A stretch of 64,000 nucleotides of DNA from Candidatus Eiseniibacteriota bacterium. GTDB taxonomy: Bacteria; Eisenbacteria; RBG-16-71-46. How positions within the stretch are numbered: position 1 is the stretch's first letter; each line of letters begins with the position of its first letter. A model generated the notes under the pieces. It was not told the origin of the DNA. It searched no databases and saw only the letters and a list, made by a program, of their open reading frames with translations. The position numbers and the translations under genes are program-made. The stretch is taken from NCBI GenBank assembly GCA_963707915.1, contig OY970178.1, positions 1,664,001-1,728,000 on the forward strand, written 5' to 3'. Shown piece by piece: positions 49,196 through 59,221 of this stretch.

Positions 49196-49562
49196 CGCCC
49201 GGCAGGCGTACGAACAGGGCACCAAGACCGCCAGCTCGAGCCGCCAGCTGGAGGCTGCCGCCCTGTTCAAGTGCGCCCGCATGCTGGAGTCCTGCCAGCG
49301 GGACTGGAACGCGCCCAGCCGGGATGAGGCGCTGGACGCGGCCTTGCGTCACAACCTGCGTCTCTGGACGCTGTTCCAGGCTGAACTGGTCCAGCCGGAG
49401 CGGGTGATCCCGGCGGACATCCGGATCAACCTGTTGAGACTCAGCAGGTTCGTGGACAAGCGCACCTTCGAGCTGATGGCCGACCCCAACCCGCAGAAGC
49501 TGCAGGCGTTGATCGACATCAACCGCAACATCGGGTCCGGGCTCTCCGCCCCGGTCCCCTGA
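49185..49562 (+). CDS. flaF: flagellin regulator/chaperone FlaF
   Basis: AY...SSRQLEAAAL.KCA..L...AL..NLRLWTLFQ.EL...IRINLLRLSRFV...LIDINRNI.SGL. Confidence 0.92.
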   Translation: MFNSARQAYEQGTKTASSSRQLEAAALFKCARMLESCQRDWNAPSRDEALDAALRHNLRLWTLFQAELVQPERVIPADIRINLLRLSRFVDKRTFELMADPNPQKLQALIDINRNIGSGLSAPVP

Positions 49563-49608
49563 CCGACGCGTTTCCGGCAGGGAAGCCGGCAACTATTGCC
49601 GACCCTTC

Positions 49609-49635
49609 TAAAGTCGCTCAAGAGGGGACCGATAA
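49609..49635 (+). promoter_or_regulatory. sigma-28 promoter of flgM
   Basis: TAAA-N15-ACCGATAA, near-consensus. Confidence 0.88.
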
Positions 49636-49731
49636 TCCGGGTAAGGCCGAAGCGGCCGGACCACCTGCAGGGTACCCCGCCCTGCCTGGCGGACTTCCGG
49701 CCCGGCACCCCGGTCTGCAAGCGAGAAGGCC

Positions 49732-50070
49732 ATGACCATCCAACCGACGAAGCCTGGCTCGACGCCCCAACCGGGCGCCAACCGGCTCGACAGGAACGCA
49801 GCGCTCTCGCCCGTGCGCCCCGCGGACACCCCGGCTCCCGAGGGGACCGGCTCGACGCCAGACAAGATCCAGATCTCCGAAGCTGCGCGTGGACTCCAGG
49901 AACAACTGCAGAACCGGCTCGAACTCGTCGCCCAGCTTCCTCCCGGGCGTCTCCGCGAAGTGCTCGAGCGACTCAACAGCGGGTTCTACGACCGGCCGGA
50001 AGTCCGCAGGGCCGTGGTCGAGTCCATCGCAGAGGAACTGGGCCCGCCGAAGGCCCCCGGCATTCGCTGA
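49732..50070 (+). CDS. flgM: anti-sigma-28 factor FlgM (divergent)
   Basis: Low-complexity N-terminus, DKIQISEAAR, RLREVLERLNSGFY; sigma-28 promoter upstream. Confidence 0.75.
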   Translation: MTIQPTKPGSTPQPGANRLDRNAALSPVRPADTPAPEGTGSTPDKIQISEAARGLQEQLQNRLELVAQLPPGRLREVLERLNSGFYDRPEVRRAVVESIAEELGPPKAPGIR

Positions 50071-50189
50071 GCCGGACCGTCGCGGGCGAGCGCCAGGGAT
50101 GGCGCGGGCCTCCGGGGAACACGGGATGAAGCAGGCGGCCGCGCCCGCCCCCGGCAGGGGCGGACGCGGCCGCTTCGTCCGGGGAAGCC

Positions 50190-51899
50190 CTATCCGGCCG
50201 GAGCCTCCAGCACCTCGCGGACCTTCCGCGTCAGCTCCGCCATCGTGAACGGCTTGTGCAGGAACGCGGCGGTCGCGCCCTGCAGCCCGTCTTCGCTCGA
50301 GACGTCCCCCGGATCGCCCGAGATGCGCAGGATCCGCAGCCCCGGGAAGAGCCGGCGCGCCAGGTCGATGAGCGCGCGGCCACCCAGCCTCGGCATGACG
50401 AGGTCCGTCATCAGCAGGTCGGGCGCCGGATCCGGCGCGCCCTGGAGCAGCTCCAGTGCCGCCTGCCCGTCCGCCACCTCCAGCACGCGGTAGCCCTGCT
50501 CGCGCAGGACGAAGGCCTCCAGCTCGCGGACCGCCGGTTCGTCCTCGACGAGCAGCACGGTCTCGGTGCCGCGGGGCAGGCCGTCGCCGGAGGCCGTGCG
50601 GGTCTCGGCCAGCTTCACATCCCCGATGGCCGGCAGGCAGACCCGGAAGGTCGTCCTCGCTCCGGGCACGGCCTCGACGACCAGGTCTCCACCGAGTCGC
50701 TCCACGATGCCGCGCACCTGGTCGATGCCGATCCCGGTGCGCCCGCCGGGGGGCATCCCCGGCGCCGCGGACTCGAGCCCGATGGCTCCCGGCGCCTGGG
50801 CCGCGCCGGCGCCCGTGCCGGTCACGACCATCAGCGCGTAGCGGCTGGCGGGAGACGCCGGCGACCACCGCCCGGCCGTGGCCGAGGGCGAGGACCAGCG
50901 GGTGGTCTCGACGTCGATGCGGCCCGCGCCCCCGATCGTGTCACGGGCATCCGTGATCAGGTTCACGATCACCTGCTCGAGCAGTCCCGCGTCGGCCTCG
51001 AGCCGATCGAGGTCGGGCGCGAGGCGGGTCGTGAGCCGGATGCGCCCGCCGATGACCCGGCCGAGCATCCTGACCATCTCCGAGACGGTCTCGTTCAGGT
51101 CCAGCACCCGGGGCTGCGCGGCGCGGCGGTGGCTGCAGGCCTGCAACTGGCGCGTGAACCCGGCGGCCCGGTCCACCGCATCCAGCATCTCGCGAACGTG
51201 CCCGTGGAGGGGGCTCTCGGCCGGGAGCTTGCGCATGACCAGCTCCCCGTGCCCGAGGATGGTCGTCAGTTGGTTGTTGAAGTCGTGGGCGACCTCGCCC
51301 GCCATCCGGCCGACCTCCATCATCCGGCGGGACCGGCGGAGGCGCTCCTCCTCGGCCGTCGCCGATCGGACGACCTCCGCGCCGGGGGGCGACGATATCG
51401 TGGGCCGCCCGCGGGAGGACTTCCTCCCCTGGAGCATCCGTTCGTAGGAGAGCGCGAGGTTGTCGGCCAGCTGGTGCACCAGCCACTCCTGCGCGCTGCT
51501 CAACGGGACCGCCCCGCCTCCCCCGACGCACAGGCAGCCGTGGGCGCGATGGGGGGTCGCGATCGGGACGACGAGCCGGAGACGGGACCCCGGCGGCATC
51601 CCGAAGACCTCGACGTGCGCATCCAGCTCGCAAAGCCGGGGCGCGCGGCCCTCGGCGAGGTCGTGGAGGAGTTCCGCGACGACCGGATGCGCCGCGCCCT
51701 TCCATGCCTTCCGGGCCGCGCTCCCGGACACGCAGGCCTCGAGGAACGAGGTGCCGTCCGGGCCATGCAACCCCGCCCACGCGTGGTCCACGCCCGCCGT
51801 GCGGCGCGCCGCTTCGCAGAGCCTGCGCAGGAGCCGGAGCACGTCGCCGCCCCGCCGTGCGGGCGGTGAGGCCGTGGGTACCGTCGCGTTCTGGGGCAT
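50190..51899 (-). CDS. hybrid sensor kinase (GAF-like, HisKA, degenerate HATPase, REC)
   Basis: Start MPQNAT; AGEVAHDFNNQL, VLDLNE, GTETVLLVEDE, LLMTDLVMP, FLHKPF. Confidence 0.85.
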   Translation of the reverse strand: MPQNATVPTASPPARRGGDVLRLLRRLCEAARRTAGVDHAWAGLHGPDGTSFLEACVSGSAARKAWKGAAHPVVAELLHDLAEGRAPRLCELDAHVEVFGMPPGSRLRLVVPIATPHRAHGCLCVGGGGAVPLSSAQEWLVHQLADNLALSYERMLQGRKSSRGRPTISSPPGAEVVRSATAEEERLRRSRRMMEVGRMAGEVAHDFNNQLTTILGHGELVMRKLPAESPLHGHVREMLDAVDRAAGFTRQLQACSHRRAAQPRVLDLNETVSEMVRMLGRVIGGRIRLTTRLAPDLDRLEADAGLLEQVIVNLITDARDTIGGAGRIDVETTRWSSPSATAGRWSPASPASRYALMVVTGTGAGAAQAPGAIGLESAAPGMPPGGRTGIGIDQVRGIVERLGGDLVVEAVPGARTTFRVCLPAIGDVKLAETRTASGDGLPRGTETVLLVEDEPAVRELEAFVLREQGYRVLEVADGQAALELLQGAPDPAPDLLMTDLVMPRLGGRALIDLARRLFPGLRILRISGDPGDVSSEDGLQGATAAFLHKPFTMAELTRKVREVLEAPAG

Positions 51900-52114
51900 G
51901 AGGTCGGAGGCCGAGCCGCCCGGAGTCTGCAGGGAGTCCCACGGTTGAGGCCGCCGGGACGGGCCCGCACGGCCAGCGATCGCGCCGATCGTAGATCGAC
52001 CACCCCGGCGCATCAAGCGGGGCGCGCGGCGGCCACGGGCGCGAGGGCGTTCGCGACCGGCCGCACCGTGCCCCGGATCGGTCACGGCCGCTCCCGGGCC
52101 CCGTGACCGGCGGA

Positions 52115-54507
52115 TCAGCCCGCGTCCACCCCGATGGGCAGCACGAACCGCACCGCCGTCCCGACCCCGGGCTCCGACTCGACCCAGATGCTGCCCCCGT
52201 GACGCTCGACGATCTCCCTGGAGATCGCCAGGCCCAGCCCGCTGCCGCCGGCCGCCCTCTCGTCCCACGGTCCCAGCTGCCGGAACTTCTGGAAGAGCCG
52301 GGGCAGGTCCTCCTGCGCGATGCCGCACCCGGTGTCCGTCACCGTCGCCGTGAACCGGCCGTCGCGCGCGCCGGTGGCGACCCGCACGTGGCCGCGGTCG
52401 CTGAACTTGATGGCGTTGCCGACCAGGTTGGTCAGCACCTGCGTGACCTGGTCCCGGTCGCACTCGACCCGCGGGAGCGTGCCCTCCAGCGCGAGCACGA
52501 GCTCGAGCGCCCTTCTGCGCCGCCAGCGGGCTCATGGCCGCCGCGACCTCGCGGACGACGTCGTTGACGTCGTGCGGCCGCAGGTCGAACGCGACGCTGC
52601 CGGCCTCGAGCCGCTGGAACGCCAGCACGTTGTGGATCAGCCGCGCCAGGCGGTCGATGTTCCTGCGGGCGACGTCGAGGAAGTCCTGCGCGTCGGCGGT
52701 AAGCATCCCGGCCGTCTCCTCGCGGACGATCTCGATGCTCTCCTTGATGGCGGTGAGCGGCGTGCGCAGCTCGTGCGAGACGGTGGAGATGAACTGGGAC
52801 TTGATCTCCAGCGTCTCCTTCATCTCGCGCTCCGCCCGGCGCAACTCGGTGATGTCGCTCGCCAGGGCGGCGACGCCGATCGGCCTGCCGTCCTCGCCGG
52901 TGAGCGGCGTGCTGTGCCACTCGCACAGGATCGTCCGGCCGTCCTTCGTGACGTTCTCGAGGATGCTCCGCGCGCCCCCGCCGAGGGCCGGCAGCCCGGC
53001 GGGGTCGCTCGCGGGGAGCGGCCAGCCCCCGTCCGGCGCGATGAAGCTGCCGTGCCGCCCGATCGCCTCGGCGGCCGGGTAGCCGAACACCCGTTCCGCC
53101 GCGGGGTTCCAGCGGGCGACGCGGGAATCGGTGTCCCACTCGATCACGGCCAGCGGCGTCTGCTGGATCAGCAGGTTCAGCCGCTGCTCGGACTGGCGCA
53201 GCACCTCGTCGGCGTGCTTGCGCTCGACGACGCGCCACACCGAGTCCATCAGCAGCACCAGCTGGCGCACGTCGGAGGTGTCGTAGTCCGAGTCCTTGTT
53301 GGCGACCCCGATGACGGCCACGATGCGGTCGCCGTCGAGCACGGGCACCGTCATGAGACGGCGGATCGGGACCTGGCCGTCCGGCACGCCCGGCTTCATC
53401 GGATGCGGCGCGCGATCGTCGTTCACGACGATCGGCCGCCGCCGCCTCACGGCCTCCCCCCACAGGCCGGTCGCCTGCAGCGGATGCACGGACCGGGGCA
53501 TCGTCGCGGAGCTCTCGCGCGCACCGCCCATCGACCAGGCGCCGAGCCGGAGCTCGCCGCGCTCCGGGTCGTGCTCGTAGATGGCGCCGACCGTGCTGCC
53601 GGTGAGCGTGATGGCCTCGTCCAGCGCGTAGTCGAGCAGCGCCTGGACGTCGTGCGCGCGGTACTGGGCGATCCGGACCATGCTCTCGAGCCGCAGCTCG
53701 TTCAGCCGGATCCGCTCCTCGGCCTGTTTGCGGTCCGTCACGTCGAACACGGTCGAGCGGCTCATCACGTAGCGGCCGTCGGCATCGCTGACCAGGGTCG
53801 CGCTCATCAGCACGGGCAGGACGCTCCCGTCCTTGCGGACCATCTCGAACTCGAGATTCTGCGCCCAGCCGCTCTGCCTTGAAGCGCGGGAAGCTCTCCT
53901 CGAAGACCTGCAGGCTGCCGGGGGCGAGCAGGTCCGGGAAGCGCAGCTTCCCGACGACCTCGTCCCGCGAGTAGCCCAGCCACGAGAGCTCGGTGTCGTT
54001 GATGCGGAGGAAGACGCCGTCCGCGTCCAGCGAGTGGTAGCCGCAGGGCGCGTTGTTGTAGAGGTCCATGATCTCCGCGGCGCTCTCCCACAGCGCCGTC
54101 TCGATCTGCTCCCGCTCCGTGACGTCCCGCGCCGCGGCGTAGAACAACCCGCCGGAGGGCACCGCGCGCCACTCGAGCCAGCGGTAGGCGCCGTCGCGGC
54201 AGCGGAAACGGTTGACGAAGTTGACCACTTCCTGCTCCGCGGTCAGCCGGGTGACGGCCCAGGCCGTGTGGTCCGCGTCTTCCGGGTGGATGAAGTCGAG
54301 GAGCCGCCCGGCCAGGAGATCCTCACGGGGGATCCCCAGCGTCGTCTCCCAGGCCGGGTTCAGGCGCCGGAAGCGGCCTTCCGCGTCCGCGATGCACAGC
54401 AGGTCCGAGCCCAGGTCGAAGAAGCGGTCCAGCTCCTCGGTCCGCGGCCCCGCCGCGCCCGCCTCCTCCAGGGGCGCGCCCGCCTGCCCGTCGCCACCGG
54501 TTCGCAC
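52115..54507 (-). CDS. PAS-PAS-GAF-PAS sensor histidine kinase (frameshifts near 53870 and 52508; start approximate)
   Basis: PAS (NPAWE, YNNAPCGYHSLD, WNPAAE), GAF (GVANKDSDY), SHELRTPL, NLVGNAIKF, DTGCGI, GSGLGL. Confidence 0.9.
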
Positions 54508-54515
54508 GGCGTTCG

Positions 54516-54893
54516 TCAGCTCGCCTTCTTCTGCTTCAGCAGGTAGCCGATCGTGCGGAGCAGGGCCTTGGACTCGAACGGCTTCTCCAGGTACGCGTCG
54601 ACCCCCTCGTCGAGCACCTTCTTCTTGTACTCGGCGTCCTGCATCCCGGTCAGCACGACCACCGGCGTGAACTGGGTCTTCGGGGAGAGCCGGAGGTTCT
54701 GCAGCGCGTTCAGTCCGCCGCCGGCGGGGAGCATGAGATCCAGGATGATCAGGTCCGGCGCCTCCTTGCGCGCGAGCTGCAGGCCGGTGTAGCCGTCCGG
54801 CGCGCAGACCGCCTCGTAGTCGTGATCCATGAGCCGCTTGCGCACGACCTTGGCGATGTCCGGCTCGTCCTCGATGATCAGGATCTTGCTCAT
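54516..54893 (-). CDS. single-domain response regulator
   Basis: MSKILIIEDE...PDLIILDLMLPAGGG...PVVVLT...YLEKPF; AGGAGG RBS. Confidence 0.93.
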   Translation of the reverse strand: MSKILIIEDEPDIAKVVRKRLMDHDYEAVCAPDGYTGLQLARKEAPDLIILDLMLPAGGGLNALQNLRLSPKTQFTPVVVLTGMQDAEYKKKVLDEGVDAYLEKPFESKALLRTIGYLLKQKKAS

Positions 54894-55073
54894 CCCTGGC
54901 CTCCTGCTCGGATGGGGTGCGGAAGCACCCGGATGCCGCCCGCGGTCCGCGGGTGGCCACATCGTGGCGGATCGACTCGGGCGCCGCGGCGACGGCGCCA
55001 TCCCGCCCGCCGGGAGCGTCCGCGGCGGAGGGGTCCGGCTGTGACTGCGACGCGCGCCCGCACGGAAGGCCTC

Positions 55074-57522
55074 CTACTCGAAGATGGAGAAGAAGAGGTC
55101 CACGTCCACCGTGCCGGAGAAGCCGTACAGCCCCGCCGCCGGGATGACGATCAGCGCGGGATCCTCCTCGACCAGGTACAGGTCGCCGTGGAGGAGACGG
55201 TATCCGGACTTCTCGAGGACCTCGTGCGGGAAGGTCTCGACCTGCTCGTTCCCGCCCGCGGCGCGCCGGTGCACGCGCACCCCGGTGAGCCGGAGCCGCT
55301 CGCCCGCGAGGCCGAGGGTCAGCCCGAAGCGCTGGATCGTGCCGCCGCTGACCTGCAGGCGGATCCGGTGCCAGAGGCACCCGCGGTTGTTGAGCCGGTA
55401 GGTCTCGACGCGCGCCTCCTCGGCGCGGAAGCCCAGGCCCGAGTCGTGGTAGAAGACGAGGTGGCGCGGCGGCGCGGCCGAGTCGAGCGCCTCCGGCCTC
55501 ACCGAGCGCAGGAAGATCCCCGCCACGGCCTCGCCCATCGTGCGGCTGATGCCGTGGGCGAAGCCGAACGGCCAGTAGACCTGCCGGGGCAGGAGGCTCG
55601 CCAGCTGGTGCGCCGACAGGTGGCTCCGCTCCCACTCGTGCAGGTCCGGCACCTCCGTCATGCCGTGCGCCACCGCCGAGCCGAAGTTCTCGTCGTGCAG
55701 CCAGCCGCCGAAGAGATCGAGCTCGATCTCCAGCGGCCGGGCGACCGATCGCACGCAGATGGCCTGGTAGAGGTCGCGCAGGGAACGTGTCCCGCCGACG
55801 TCGTGGGTCGCGCGGTGCCGGGCCCACTCGCGCGCCCAGAGCAGGATCCCGCGCTGGACCTCGGCGATCTGGCGGCGCTGCTCGTCGGGGACGCGGAACT
55901 CGTCGAGGACCGGCCCGCCCCGCTCGTCGTGGCCGAGGGTCGTGCCGCAATCGGCCATCAGGCTCTGTTCGAGGATCTCCGGGGACCGGATGTAGGTGTG
56001 CGCCACCGCGACGGGTTGCCCGTTCGAGGCCAGCCAGCCCTCGACGATCGCGCCGCTCGCCTGGGCGACGTGCGCCCGGTCGCCGGTCACGAGGTAGAGC
56101 CCGTGGGTGCGGAGGTCGAGGCCCTCGCGGTCGAGGATCCGCTGCAGCGCCCCCTGGATGGTGCCGTGGTAGCCGAGGTCCACGACCGCGACGCGGCGCG
56201 GCCCGCCGGGGCCCAGCACGGCAGCGACGTGGGCGAGCAGGTTGCGACGGGCGGCGGCGCTGGCCCGGACGACCTTGCCGCGTGCCGCCGGGTCGCGTGC
56301 GATGCTGCGCACCAGCGTCACCGTCTGCTCCGGCGTGAGACTCGCCCCGGCGTCCACCCAGCGGCAGGTCGGCGGGGTCGAGCCCGAGTTGGTCCAGGAG
56401 CTCCGAGCACCGCTGGGCCGAGGGACGCGAGACGAAGCGCTCGAGCTCCGCCTCGCTGCCCTCGAAGATCGCCGCCTTGAGCACGACGAATCGCGAGACG
56501 AAGAGCTCGGAGGTCCGCAGGCCCGGCGCCTGCACGTCCAGGACCTGCTTGAGGAGCCGGCCCTCGCGCATCAGGCACAGGGCGTCCGTGAGTCCCAGCT
56601 CGCCGCAGCGCTCCGCGACCCAGTCGCAGAAGCCCGAGATCACCGGCCCGGCCACCCCGGCGCCCCAGCGCTCGTATTCGCTCCCGGCCTTGAACATGAC
56701 GCGCCCGCGCAGGGCGGTCAGCCCCGCGTCGTCGCCGGGCAGGTACGGGGAGCGCTGGCTGAGGTCCGCGGGCAGTTCGGTCCCCACCATGTCCTCGTAG
56801 GCCTCGGGGAAACGCGGGAGCCAGAAGCGCGCGAGCCCGAGGCTCTCGGGACCGTCGAGGTCCGCCTGGCGGCTGTCACCGACGTGCAGGATGCGGGCGG
56901 CGGGCACGCCGCTCTGCCCCAGCAGCACCTGGTGCAGCCCCCCCGGCTTGGAGCGGCCGTGCTCGCACGAGACGATGACGTGGTCCACGTCCACGCCGGT
57001 GAGCGCGCGGATCTGCCCGCTCCGCAGGTAGGTGTCCGAGACCAGCGCGGTCCGCAGGCCCCGCTCCCGGGCGCGGGCGAGCAGGTCGCGCATCGCGGGC
57101 TCGACCACCACGTGCCGCTGCTCGAGCGCGAACTCGAGCGCGGCCACCTCGGCGGGGCTCACGCCGTCGAGGAAGCCGCGCGGGAACTCCGCGTAGATGT
57201 CCGCCAGCGCGACCTCCCCGGCGGGCGTGCGGCGCCGCGCGCGTTCCTCCGCGCGGACGCGCTCGCGCACGAAGCTCTCGCGGCTCGAGGAGTCGAAGAG
57301 GCCGCCGGCCGCGCGCACCTCGTCGGCCAGCAGCAGGAAGAGGTCCGCCGGCTGCGGCACGCGGCGCCACACCAGCGTGTCGAAGACGTCGAGGCTCAGC
57401 AGGTCGAAGTCGCCCGAGTCCACCAGGTCGTACAGCTCGCGCAGCCGCGCGTCCATGCGCGGCGCGGGCGGGCGCGGCGCATCGACGGCCAGTGACGTGC
57501 GTTCGGTGGCGCTCAGGGCCAT
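55074..57522 (-). CDS. HAD phosphatase + PRT-like protein, putative ribofuranosyltransferase (frameshift near 56358)
   Basis: SLDVFDTLVWR, VSDTY, SK, HVGDS..AD; LMREG; VVDLGYHGTIQ; HDENFGS. Confidence 0.8.
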
Positions 57523-57800
57523 GGAGGTGCCTCCTCTGCCGATCCGGGCGGAATGCGTCCGCTGTCCCGCGGCGCAAGGGGTTCGCCGCCACCCGGGTGA
57601 GAGCAGGATTCGGTCCAAGCCGCCGCCGGCGTCACGCGCCCGCCGGCGCGGCCGCACCGCCGGCGGTGGCGGGCGCGTATCGGACGCTCCTGCAACCACC
57701 TGGACTCGCGCTCGCCCGGCCCCGTGCGCTGCGGCACGCGAGCCCGTCCGCGGCCGGCCGGAAGCGCTTGCCGTCGAGCGGCAGCATTCGCCGACCGCGG

Positions 57801-59207
57801 TCAGGCGGCGGTGACGATCCCGGTTCCGGCCGCCTCGTCCGTCCCGGCCGCGAGTCTTCGCGCCGTCTCCGGGTCGGTGCAGCGCATGCGGAGCAGGGCG
57901 GCCCGGTAAGAGGCGGCGGCCTGGACGTCGCCCGCCGCGATGGCGGAATCCCAGAGCCCCCGCAGCGCCCAGTGCGGCGGGGCACCGTGCCGCAGCGCGG
58001 CCTCGAGCGCCTCGCGCGCCCCGGCGAGATCCCGGGCGCGCAGGCGACGGAAGCCATCGACCAGTTCGGCCTCCCATCCGGCCCAGTGCGTCCCGGCCGG
58101 CAGTTCCCCGTCGGGCTCGTCCAGGGCGAGACGCGCCCGGAGCTCCGGCGTGGGCGCCAGCGCGACGGCCGCCTGCAGGTGCTCCCGCGCGGCGGCGTCC
58201 AGGCCGAGGCGGTCGCTCAGCACCCACGCCCAGCGGCGCACGTCGCCTTCGTCGGGCCACGCCTTCGGTCGTCCGAGGCAGCGCTGCACGTCGGCGTGCC
58301 GGCCCGCGGCCGCCGCGCGCTGGCACTCGGCCACGATGGCCCAGCGCTCGCGCTCCTCGGGCGAGGCGAACCGCACGCAGCGCGCGACGTCCCCGTGCTG
58401 GTCCCGGTGGCGCTGGATGCGCAGGCCGTCGCAGAAGTAGTAGTCGTCCTCGTCGGTGAGGAGCTGGTCCGCCCACCGCCGGTGGAACAGCGTCCAGTTC
58501 TCGGTCTCGTGACGCATGCGGCCCGGGGTCTGGCTCTCCAGGTGGATCAGCGAGCTCTTCGGCTGGTACACGACCAGGCCGCCGCGGCGGCGCACCGCCA
58601 GGCACAGGTCGACGTCCTCGTAGCCGGTCTGGAACTTCTCGCAGAATCCGCCGCACTCCTTGAACCAGCGTGTTCGGATCATCAGGCAGGCGCCGGTCAC
58701 GGCCTGCAGCTCCCGCCGGCGGTTGACCCGCGGGTCGTCGGCGCGCAGCAGGCGGTTCGGGTGGTACAGGTTGCGGGTCCCGCGCTCGAAGAGGATGCCC
58801 GCGTGCTGGACCAGGCCGCCCTCGTAGAGGAGCTTCGAGCCGACGACGGCGACCTCCGGGTGCGTCTGCAGCTCGTCCACCAGGCCGTCGAGCCAGCCCG
58901 GCAGGGGGATGGTGTCGTTGTTGAGGAACAGGATGTACTTCCCCGCGGCCGCGGCGGCGCCCTGGTTGCAGGCACGCCCGAAGCCGCGATTGGCGGTGTT
59001 CCGGATGACCTGGACCGGTCCCGCGCGCTGCGCGAGGCGCTGGGGCGTCGCGTCGCTCGACGCGTCGTCCACCACGATCAGCTCGAACGGCACCCGGGCC
59101 CCGACCCGGGCGATGCCGTCGAGGCACTGCAGCGTCAGCTCGCACTTGTTGAATACCGGGATGACGATGGAGACGAGCGGCGACTGGCGGCGAGGTTGCG
59201 GTTTCAT
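57801..59207 (-). CDS. GT2 glycosyltransferase with helical (TPR-like) C-terminus
   Basis: VSIVIPVFN, VVDDASSD, NRGFGRACNQGA, FLNND, AVTGACL, YEDVDLCL, HLES. Confidence 0.93.
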   Translation of the reverse strand: MKPQPRRQSPLVSIVIPVFNKCELTLQCLDGIARVGARVPFELIVVDDASSDATPQRLAQRAGPVQVIRNTANRGFGRACNQGAAAAAGKYILFLNNDTIPLPGWLDGLVDELQTHPEVAVVGSKLLYEGGLVQHAGILFERGTRNLYHPNRLLRADDPRVNRRRELQAVTGACLMIRTRWFKECGGFCEKFQTGYEDVDLCLAVRRRGGLVVYQPKSSLIHLESQTPGRMRHETENWTLFHRRWADQLLTDEDDYYFCDGLRIQRHRDQHGDVARCVRFASPEERERWAIVAECQRAAAAGRHADVQRCLGRPKAWPDEGDVRRWAWVLSDRLGLDAAAREHLQAAVALAPTPELRARLALDEPDGELPAGTHWAGWEAELVDGFRRLRARDLAGAREALEAALRHGAPPHWALRGLWDSAIAAGDVQAAASYRAALLRMRCTDPETARRLAAGTDEAAGTGIVTAA

Positions 59208-59221
59208 GGCCGGGCTCTCCG

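Noticed and set aside
49703..49718. Possible sigma-54 promoter before flgM (CGGCACCCCGGTCTGC)
   Set aside because: GG-GC spacing is 11 rather than 10, and the start site would fall downstream of the RBS. Worth rechecking only if a base is an insertion error.
57677..57704. Possible sigma-28 promoter for the 55-57 kb HAD/PRT gene (TCCA-N16-TCCGATAC, minus strand)
   Set aside because: The -10 is good but the -35 is mismatched and the spacing is one base too long. If real, it would tie the glycan genes to the flagellar regulon.
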